Shown here in pieces: positions 54,764 to 64,000 of a stretch of 64,000 nt of DNA. Every line of letters begins with the position of its first letter. Position 1 is the first letter of the stretch. This stretch comes from an uncultured Alphaproteobacteria bacterium (lineage in GTDB: Bacteria > Pseudomonadota > Alphaproteobacteria > Rs-D84), in contig CALXMA010000001.1 in assembly GCA_944389345.1 (NCBI GenBank), positions 69,117 through 133,116 of the forward strand. Direction: 5' to 3'. The translations under genes and the position numbers were made by a program. Below the pieces are notes generated by a model, which was not told the DNA's origin, did no database searches, and saw nothing but the letters and a program-made list of their open reading frames with translations.

Positions 54764-56121
54764 TGTTAAAAAAACTGTTCTATGCTTTTTTTATACTTAT
54801 GTCTTTACAGGCACAAGCTGCAAACACAGACAATACAACAGGCATAGCTCTGACAGATTCACAAGCATTATCAGTAGCCCATATTATGATTGACTCTGGT
54901 GATTTAGATAAAGCAACAGCATTGTTGAACGAAATTTTACAAAGCGATGACACAAATGCACGCACAGGAGCGTTATTGGAACTCGGACGAGTCGCGGCAG
55001 CACGCGGCGATTATTCAACGGCTGAACGATATTTTTTAGCAATACTGAAATACAACCCTGACGCAACATTTGTTCGTATAGAATTAGCAAAAGTATATTT
55101 GCTAGACGGGAAATACAATTCTGCTGATTTTAATCTGCGTTTAGCATTGGCAGATAAAACATTACCTCCTGAAATACAAACACAAATCAAACAAATGATA
55201 AATTTTGCCCGACGCAAAAAAGATTGGAATGTTTATACAGGTTTTTCCATTGTGCCAGATTCTAACTTAAATTATGCCACAGGCAGACGCGAGGAATGTA
55301 TAAATACTATGTTTGGCATTTTGTGCCGCGAATTAGACGATAAATCAACAGGGGTAGGTATTCAATATAATATCGGTGGTGATTATTATATCAAACTAAC
55401 AGACCATTTTGGCTTAAAAACAAGTTTATCTTTTAACGCCCTTGATTTTCCAAATTCAACATTTGACGATTATCTGCTGTATATGGCCGCAGGTCCCAGG
55501 TATATATTTGACGGCATTGGTGAAATCAGCATTCAACCATTTACACAATTACGCTGGTATGGTGGAAAATACTACAATACTGTGCCAGGGGTGCGTGCTG
55601 ATATAGACCTGGATTTCGCAAAACGCATTCATTTATCGCTTGGAGGTTCTTATAGCAAAGATATTTATTACAACGACAATATAGACAACATATTGCGTGG
55701 AAACGAATATTCAACTTATATTCAACCAAGATATTACATAAACAATAAAAGTTTCGCATTTATTGGCTTGTCTTATACAACCAATACAGCAAAATTGAAA
55801 TCGTATGGCAGTAACAACATAGGTTATTCTTTGGGTTATTTCGCTGAATTGCCACTGACTTTAACCATATTTACAAAACTAGATTTGATACAAACAAAAT
55901 ATAAGGGACCACAATATTTTATAATGAACGATTATACACTGGATAGATTCACACGCAAAGACATCGACTATCGTGCATATGTGCGGTTATCAAGTCGCTA
56001 CTTAGAATACAAGCGTTTATACCCGTCAATTAGTTACACATATACAAAACGCAATTCCAACGCCCCAGCATACGAATTTGATAAACACAGAATGCAAATA
56101 GAATTAAATTACAGATTTTGA
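54763..56121 (+). CDS. Surface lipoprotein assembly modifier (Slam; TPR plus DUF560 outer-membrane beta-barrel)
   Basis: Signal peptide MLKKLFYAFFILMSLQAQA. TPR-like N-domain (GDLDKATALLNEIL, GDYSTAERYFLAILKYNPD, VRIELAKVYLLDGKY). The C-terminal beta-strand-rich domain ends ...HRMQIELNYRF (aromatic terminal residue). Confidence 0.75.
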   Translation: MLKKLFYAFFILMSLQAQAANTDNTTGIALTDSQALSVAHIMIDSGDLDKATALLNEILQSDDTNARTGALLELGRVAAARGDYSTAERYFLAILKYNPDATFVRIELAKVYLLDGKYNSADFNLRLALADKTLPPEIQTQIKQMINFARRKKDWNVYTGFSIVPDSNLNYATGRREECINTMFGILCRELDDKSTGVGIQYNIGGDYYIKLTDHFGLKTSLSFNALDFPNSTFDDYLLYMAAGPRYIFDGIGEISIQPFTQLRWYGGKYYNTVPGVRADIDLDFAKRIHLSLGGSYSKDIYYNDNIDNILRGNEYSTYIQPRYYINNKSFAFIGLSYTTNTAKLKSYGSNNIGYSLGYFAELPLTLTIFTKLDLIQTKYKGPQYFIMNDYTLDRFTRKDIDYRAYVRLSSRYLEYKRLYPSISYTYTKRNSNAPAYEFDKHRMQIELNYRF

Positions 56122-56195
56122 TTGTTTCCGTCATATTCGTCATTTACAATTTTTGCACGAATCAAAACACCATACCCACAATTATCAGACCCCGT

Positions 56196-56219
56196 GCCCC
56201 CCTCCCTGGGGGCTTTTTT
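56196..56219 (+). terminator. Rho-independent terminator after the Slam gene
   Basis: GCCCCC-CTCCCT-GGGGGC followed by TTTTTT. Confidence 0.7.
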
Positions 56220-56408
56220 ATACCGACAAACAACACAAAAGGTTACACCACCGCAAAGCAAAACCTCCGATTCTGTTCGCTTTGTTTTTCTATATTATTC
56301 CAATTTTTTCATACGATTTGTCGATATAGTGTTGATAAAAAAGAAAGACGGTTATTCTAACCGTCTTTGTGTTTCCGTGTAATTATTTGATTCCACTTAC
56401 AAAAACTT

Positions 56409-56485
56409 TGGTGCGAGCAAAGGGGCTCGAACCCTCGACCTCAACCTTGGCAAGGTTGCGCTCTAGCCAACTGAGCTACGCTCGC
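56409..56485 (-). tRNA. tRNA-Gly(GCC)
   Basis: Minus strand reads GCGAGCG-TA-GCTC-AGTTGGCTA-GAGC-G-CAACC-TTGCCAA-GGTTG-AGGTC-GAGGG-TTCGAGC-CCCTT-TGCTCGC-A-CCA. Confidence 0.9.
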
Positions 56486-56569
56486 ACTGTGTGGCATATT
56501 CTGACATATCTTTTTTTATATTGCAAGTATTTTTTTAACAAATAACCCGCATTACGCGGGTCATTGTTA

Positions 56570-57601
56570 TTACAACCATTTCCACGGCTGGATAATTTGC
56601 AGGAATCCGTACGCCGTACGCTTATCTGCGAATGTATGACCACAGCGCGGGCACACAATAAACGGCGCGATAACTGCCTTGGTCTTTTTGAACATGGCAT
56701 ACCATATCCACAGTCCCAATACCCAGAACGCAATTACCAATCCCCATGCAACATAACCAAAATATTTATCCACAGTGTCGGTAATGACGGTTATAACCTG
56801 GACATCTGATTTGGACAAATCATCATAAATCTGGGTCGCAACCGGCCAAGACGACGGACGCCACGGATAAACGTGTTCTATGCCATAATTGGTCAACAGC
56901 GTTGTCCCCAAACCACCCGTGTTTTTATCCAACTGTGATTTGATGACACCATCTATGACCTCGTCAACCTGGACCTGTAACAGGCTGGTCAATTCTGTTT
57001 CGATATCATCCAGTTTGGTATTAACCATTTCTGCGACATCATCGACCTGGGCAATTGTTTCGTTTGCCTTGTCAATGCCGGAATTAACCTGGTCTACGCC
57101 CTTGTTCACTTCGTCCAGCGCATTTGTCACGCCACTGGTATCAATACCAAAACGACCAACCAGTCCCGCCAATTTTCCAACCTTGGACGTTGTTTCACTG
57201 ACCTTGTCGGTGGCCTGTTGTGCGTCGGCGGTAACATCTTTGGCCTTGGCCGTGGTATCCGTTACGACATCAACCGCGTCGCCAACCATACGAACCTTGT
57301 CCACGGCGAACGCAACCGGTTCTTCCAGATTAATCGCATCCTTGATACCGTCCAATAATTTTTCGTACTGTTCAACGATATTGCGTTGCAAATCAAAGAA
57401 CATTGATACAACTATTGATTTCTTTATAGGCTGGGAATATGTGTTTTTTACCCATAACGGCACACTGATGACCAGCGCAATCCATATAATAGACACAATT
57501 GCAAAAATCATCTTTACGCGTGTGATAAACGATTTTTTCTTTTTGACGGTCTTGGCACCGCCCATATCGATAACTTCGACTTCTTTTTTCTTCCTGGGCA
57601 T
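56570..57601 (-). CDS. Hypothetical membrane protein (343 aa) with helical Asp/Val-rich repeat region and C-terminal CPRCGH zinc-ribbon-like motif
   Basis: N-terminal TM IFAIVSIIWIALVISV, a central low-complexity helical region and a second TM near the C-terminus followed by CPRCGHTF. Confidence 0.55.
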   Translation of the reverse strand: MPRKKKEVEVIDMGGAKTVKKKKSFITRVKMIFAIVSIIWIALVISVPLWVKNTYSQPIKKSIVVSMFFDLQRNIVEQYEKLLDGIKDAINLEEPVAFAVDKVRMVGDAVDVVTDTTAKAKDVTADAQQATDKVSETTSKVGKLAGLVGRFGIDTSGVTNALDEVNKGVDQVNSGIDKANETIAQVDDVAEMVNTKLDDIETELTSLLQVQVDEVIDGVIKSQLDKNTGGLGTTLLTNYGIEHVYPWRPSSWPVATQIYDDLSKSDVQVITVITDTVDKYFGYVAWGLVIAFWVLGLWIWYAMFKKTKAVIAPFIVCPRCGHTFADKRTAYGFLQIIQPWKWL

Positions 57602-57666
57602 AATAATCCTCCTTTGGTCCTGATGTGTGCAGTTTAATAAAGTTTAGGTTTTTATTTCAACTGTTT

Positions 57667-58028
57667 TTATCGCATACGCGCGTTAAAAGCCTCTATCGCC
57701 TGGTGCAATACAGAATGCAAATCTGCAATCCCAGGCAATTTTTTCTGGTGTTCCATAATGGCGTTTACCGTTTTATGATATATCTTGGCATCTGTTTCAT
57801 TATCAAACGTTGCGATTTCTGTCATAGGACGCAGTGGAAACATTCCACGGTCATCCCGCGCACAGACCAATGTATAAACAAACGTTAATGGCCGTGCCGA
57901 ACGTACCGCCGTCGCCAAATACAATCTGTCCGCGTCATTCAGAATCAATTTCGGCATACCCGGTTTAGATTTTGTATCCTTGTTCGCTGTAATTTTTGAT
58001 GTATTATCCATTGCATTATTTTTTGTCA

Positions 58029-58029
<1 letters not shown>
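57667..58029 (-). CDS. Hypothetical protein (120 aa)
   Basis: Its start overlaps the tgt stop by 1 nt (TAATG coupling). Confidence 0.5.
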
Positions 58030-60459
<2,430 letters not shown>

Positions 60460-60460
<1 letters not shown>

Positions 60461-61509
60461 TACAAATTCTCCTTTTTGAATAACAGACAGCAATCGCCGT
60501 ATGAAAAGAATCGATACTTTTCCGATACGGCGTGCGCGTATGCGTTCTTCATTTCATCCAGTCCCGCAAACGCCGACACCAACATAAACAGCGTCGATTT
60601 AGGCAAATGAAAATTCGTCAGCAATATATCAACCGCACCAAAATTGTATCCCGGCGTGATAAAAATATCCGTACTGCGACAAATTGGCGCAACACGTGCG
60701 AAACGTTCGCCATCTGGGCGCGCGCGGTTGTCCATTGCCGCACTTTCCAATGTTCGCATAGATGTGGTTCCGACCGCAATTACGCGCGATGCATTATTTA
60801 TTACATCAGCCTGGGCCGGCGTGATACAGCACCATTCACTGTGCATTTTATGTTCGTTCAAATTTTCTGTTTTTACCGGCATCCATGTGCCCGCGCCGAC
60901 ATGCAATGTAATCTTTACAATTTTTGCGCCACGCCGTTCGATTTCATCCATCAATTCGGGGGTAAAGTGCAACCCCGCCGTCGGCGCCGCCATCGACCCC
61001 AGCGGTTCTGCGTACACCGTTTGATAGCGTTCACGGTCCGCGGTTTCAGCGTCGCGCTTCATATACGGGGGCAATGGCATTTTGCCGACCGCGTCCAAAA
61101 CCGCAAATAAATTTTCACAATTAAATTCCAATTTCAAACCGCTGTCGTCGCCACGTTCCAATACGCGCGCGGTTGTGCCGTCGGTCAGTGTCAGAATTTC
61201 GCCAACGGGGATTTTATTAAATTTCTTGCACAGTCCCCACCATACTTTATCATTTTCCGCCGTATGCAATGTTATTTCGTGCATCGCACCGCGTGAATCC
61301 GTTGCATCAAAGCGCGCCGGAATCACACGCGAATTATTAAAAACAACCACGTCGCCAGGTTGCAGATAATCCACGAAATCGCGGATATGTTTATCGGCCA
61401 ATTCGCCCCCACGCACAACCAGCATGCGGGACGCATCACGTTGCTGTAACGGATGCGACGCAATTAATTCTGTTGGTAATTCAAAGTCAAAATCAGATGT
61501 ATGCAACAT
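60460..61509 (-). CDS. queA: S-adenosylmethionine:tRNA ribosyltransferase-isomerase
   Basis: Start at MLHTSDFDFELPTELIASHPLQQRDASRMLVV. PLPPYM, TAGLHFT, HVGAGTW and the C-terminal FFSYGD. Confidence 0.95.
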
Positions 61510-61520
61510 AATATTAATAA

Positions 61521-62414
61521 CTATTTCTTGAATTCCAGACCCTGGTCCGTGTAATTTTCGGCGGTATCTTCCCAATTCGGTTCTACGCGCACAAACAGGT
61601 GCAGGCGCGCATTTACGCCCCATTGATTTTGGATATCATGGCGGGCATCTGTGCCTATTTTCTGCAACTGGGTCCCGCCACGGCCAATAACTATTTTTTT
61701 ATGCGCGTCGTTACGTACCGCAATTTTTTGGTATATATCCAGTACGCCCGCGTCATCAACGTCCACGCGTTCGGTTATAACGTTGATGTGGTACGGTAAT
61801 TCTTGGTGAATATATTTATATATCTTTTCGCGCGTTAATTCCGCCAGGTACAAGTTATCGGGAACATCTGTCGCATCATGCGGTTCAAATAAATATGGCC
61901 CCGCCGGCATAACGTCCGCCAATGCGCGCAACATTTCATCCACCCCATCGTTTTTCAATGCGGATATCATAAATATATCGCGCGGGTGCGCCAATTCGTT
62001 TATTTCCGCCGTTATTGGCAATAATTCCTGTTTGTGAATGGCATCAACCTTGTTCAATGCGACAAACAGATTTTTATGGTCGCGAATTTTATCAATCAAT
62101 GAACGAACCGTATCCGTAATACCCTTGGTCGCGTCAATCACCAATAAAACCGCATCAGCGTCCGATGTCGCAGACATAGCCGCCCCCACCATGGCACGAT
62201 CCAAACGACGCGCGGGGCGGAATATCCCGGGGGTGTCCACAAATATCAATTGACGGTCGCCAACCATCTTGATTGCGCGCAACGCCGTACGTGTTGTTTG
62301 TACTTTGTGCGACACGATTGATACCTTGCGCCCCATAATTTGGTTCATCAACGTACTTTTGCCCGCATTAGTCGGGCCAACAATTGCAATAAATCCTGAA
62401 TATGTCTTGGTCAT
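61521..62414 (-). CDS. era: GTPase Era
   Basis: GFIAIVGPTNAGKSTLMN (G1), DTPG (G3), NKVD (G4) and a C-terminal KH domain. Start moved to MTKTYS. Confidence 0.95.
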   Translation of the reverse strand: MTKTYSGFIAIVGPTNAGKSTLMNQIMGRKVSIVSHKVQTTRTALRAIKMVGDRQLIFVDTPGIFRPARRLDRAMVGAAMSATSDADAVLLVIDATKGITDTVRSLIDKIRDHKNLFVALNKVDAIHKQELLPITAEINELAHPRDIFMISALKNDGVDEMLRALADVMPAGPYLFEPHDATDVPDNLYLAELTREKIYKYIHQELPYHINVITERVDVDDAGVLDIYQKIAVRNDAHKKIVIGRGGTQLQKIGTDARHDIQNQWGVNARLHLFVRVEPNWEDTAENYTDQGLEFKK

Positions 62415-62520
62415 GCCCGTAGAATAGCACACTAAATGTAAAAGTGAATAAAAATCTTGCAAATCTGGACCTGTATTGTAAAATCCACGCCGGAGAGGCA
62501 ACCGCAGAAAGGATTAGATT

Positions 62521-63240
62521 ATGCAACTGACGGGACCCGAAATATTACGACGTATGCGCGTGAATAACGCGCAAAATCCTGGTGGAAAACCAGATATTGT
62601 TATCCAGCCGTTCGATGAAAAGTGTTTGGGCAGTAATAGTTATGACCTGCACCTGGGGGCGATATTGAAATACTATAAGAATACCCTGCCGAACGGAATG
62701 CGACCAATTATCCCGTATCAGCGCGAAAAAAAGTATTCTATGCGCGATTGGTTTGAAACGTACAACGATTACCTGTATTTTCACCAACACCCGGAACGCT
62801 TTGATATTCGTAATCCGCAATTTTTACTGGACCCGTGTAATGAAAAATCGCACGAAACCGCGGATGTCATTATTCCAAACGGTGGCGCAATTTTGTCGCC
62901 AAACATCGGATATCTGGGATGCACGGTTGAATACACAGAAACATATAACCTGTTCCCGTATATAGATGGGAAATCGTCTGTGGGTCGTAATTTTATTCTG
63001 AACCATCATACGGCCGGTCGTGGCGATGATGGGTTCTGTGGCCAATGGACGTTGGAAATTCGCGTATTATACCCGACCGTGGTTTATCCGAATATGCGCA
63101 TAGGACAAATTTACTATGAACAATTTGTCGGCGACAGAAAGCCATATAACGAAAACCGGGCCAGTCATTATAATGGACAAATGGGGCCAACACCCGCCGC
63201 GGTTATCCCAATCGAAACCATAACCCAAAAACAGCGATAA
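62521..63240 (+). CDS. dcd: dCTP deaminase family protein (239 aa, longer than the usual ~190 aa)
   Basis: IQPFDEKCLGSNSYDLHLG, then the conserved core ...GKSSVGRNFILNHHTAGRGDDGFCGQWTLEI. Confidence 0.8.
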   Translation: MQLTGPEILRRMRVNNAQNPGGKPDIVIQPFDEKCLGSNSYDLHLGAILKYYKNTLPNGMRPIIPYQREKKYSMRDWFETYNDYLYFHQHPERFDIRNPQFLLDPCNEKSHETADVIIPNGGAILSPNIGYLGCTVEYTETYNLFPYIDGKSSVGRNFILNHHTAGRGDDGFCGQWTLEIRVLYPTVVYPNMRIGQIYYEQFVGDRKPYNENRASHYNGQMGPTPAAVIPIETITQKQR

Positions 63241-63325
63241 AAATCAACACCAAAAGTAAACATACGACACGGCACAACAAAAAAAAACGGGGCACTGCCC
63301 CGTTTTGTTAATATACAGACGGTTA

Positions 63326-64000
63326 TTAAATGCTGTCCGCGTTAATCCAACGACCATTACGCAACAGACCGGGGGCCATACCTTCGTTATTGCGCAATGC
63401 GTCAATTACACTGCGTGCCTGGGTCGCGTCCAGGTTTACAATACGTACCTTGTACATATCACCTTCTTGGACGACGACGGCATTGCCGTATTTAGACATT
63501 CTGGACGCCAATGAATCCGCACTGTCTTGGGCATAAAATGCCGCGATTTGCACACTGTATTCACCAGATGTCGCCGCCGGGGCGGTTGTTGTTACAACCG
63601 TACCAGGTGCCTGGGTCGTTGTGACAACGGTTGTCGTTTCAACAGTTTGCATTGGTTGTGCCACAGGCTGGGCCGGGGCCGGGGCGGTTGCGCCCAATGT
63701 TGCGTTTTTAACCGCGGTTGATTCTTGGGCCATAACTTGGACCTGGACCTTGGTCTGGCCATTCATGCCGATTTTTTGGGCGGCGGCCGGCGACAAGTCC
63801 ATAATACGAGTATTCACAAATGGACCACGATTATTTACGCGAACAACAACAGATTGACCGTTGTCCAGATTTGTTACGCGTGCAATTGTTGGTAATGGCA
63901 ACGTCTTGCTGGTGGCGACCATTTGATTCATATCAAAAACTTCGCCATTAGATGTTTTGGTACCATTCAATTCGGCCGGGATAATACCCGCGATGCCGGT
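63326..64000 (-). CDS. rlpA: Septal ring lytic transglycosylase RlpA-like (DPBB domain plus C-terminal SPOR domain); N-terminus beyond the window
   Basis: TSNGEVFDMNQMVATSKTLPLPTIARVTNLDNGQSVVVRVNNRGPFVNTRIMDLSPAAA (RlpA DPBB). SPOR-like YSVQIAAFYAQDSADSLASRM...YKVRIVNL. The frame stays open to base 64000. Confidence 0.85.
   Translation of the reverse strand, partial: TGIAGIIPAELNGTKTSNGEVFDMNQMVATSKTLPLPTIARVTNLDNGQSVVVRVNNRGPFVNTRIMDLSPAAAQKIGMNGQTKVQVQVMAQESTAVKNATLGATAPAPAQPVAQPMQTVETTTVVTTTQAPGTVVTTTAPAATSGEYSVQIAAFYAQDSADSLASRMSKYGNAVVVQEGDMYKVRIVNLDATQARSVIDALRNNEGMAPGLLRNGRWINADSI

Larger units (their letters stand above)
53185..56407. mobile_element. 3.2-kb tRNA-Gly-associated genomic islet carrying a Slam/surface-lipoprotein pair (no integrase retained)
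   Basis: Flanked by the 15-nt repeat and the intact tRNA-Gly. It is lower in GC than its neighbours by eye. Confidence 0.5.

Overview
This is a chromosomal window from a compact bacterial genome. The housekeeping proteins look proteobacterial, probably alphaproteobacterial; that is my reading of motifs only, since no searches were possible. The core genes are argS, alaS, lysS, trpS, rpsD, rpoZ, smpB, holB, tatD, rnj, a xerC/D-family gene, tgt, queA, era, dcd, hup, lemA, csp, mtaB, a PBP5-type carboxypeptidase and rlpA. There are three tRNAs: Met/Ile2-CAU, Ser-GGA and Gly-GCC. Four accessory themes interrupt the core. (1) A family of cysteine-rich secreted proteins: one 2223-aa giant (1263-7934) built of eukaryote-like Cys modules, plus three small paralogues (8136-8327, 30964-31482 decayed, 47800-48441). 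Each small gene follows a conserved structured 5' leader ending in an intrinsic terminator, and two copies show compensatory base changes. I consider this an unrecognised cis-regulatory RNA class and the most interesting signal here. (2) A ~14-kb AT-rich island (about 16.1-30.3 kb) sits at the 3' end of tRNA-Ser(GGA). It is flanked by three decayed att-like repeats. It carries a large serine recombinase with a DUF2924-type partner, a complete DpnII-type GATC restriction-modification cassette with an extra embedded gene, an HNH-like gene, a PD-(D/E)xK-like gene and an uncharacterised two-gene operon (889-aa multi-TM protein plus 324-aa protein) that is a candidate novel defence system. (3) A 3.2-kb islet bounded by a 15-nt repeat of the tRNA-Gly 3' end encodes a Slam (DUF560) outer-membrane translocon and its surface lipoprotein. 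(4) Several oddities lie in the core: a lysS leader with a terminator, an H1-like/metallothionein-like/EF-hand membrane protein, a divergent RelA/SpoT-like nucleotidyltransferase and an AlaRS lacking the C-Ala domain. I found no rRNA and no CRISPR array. All homology calls come from motif recognition by eye and memory, not from database searches.
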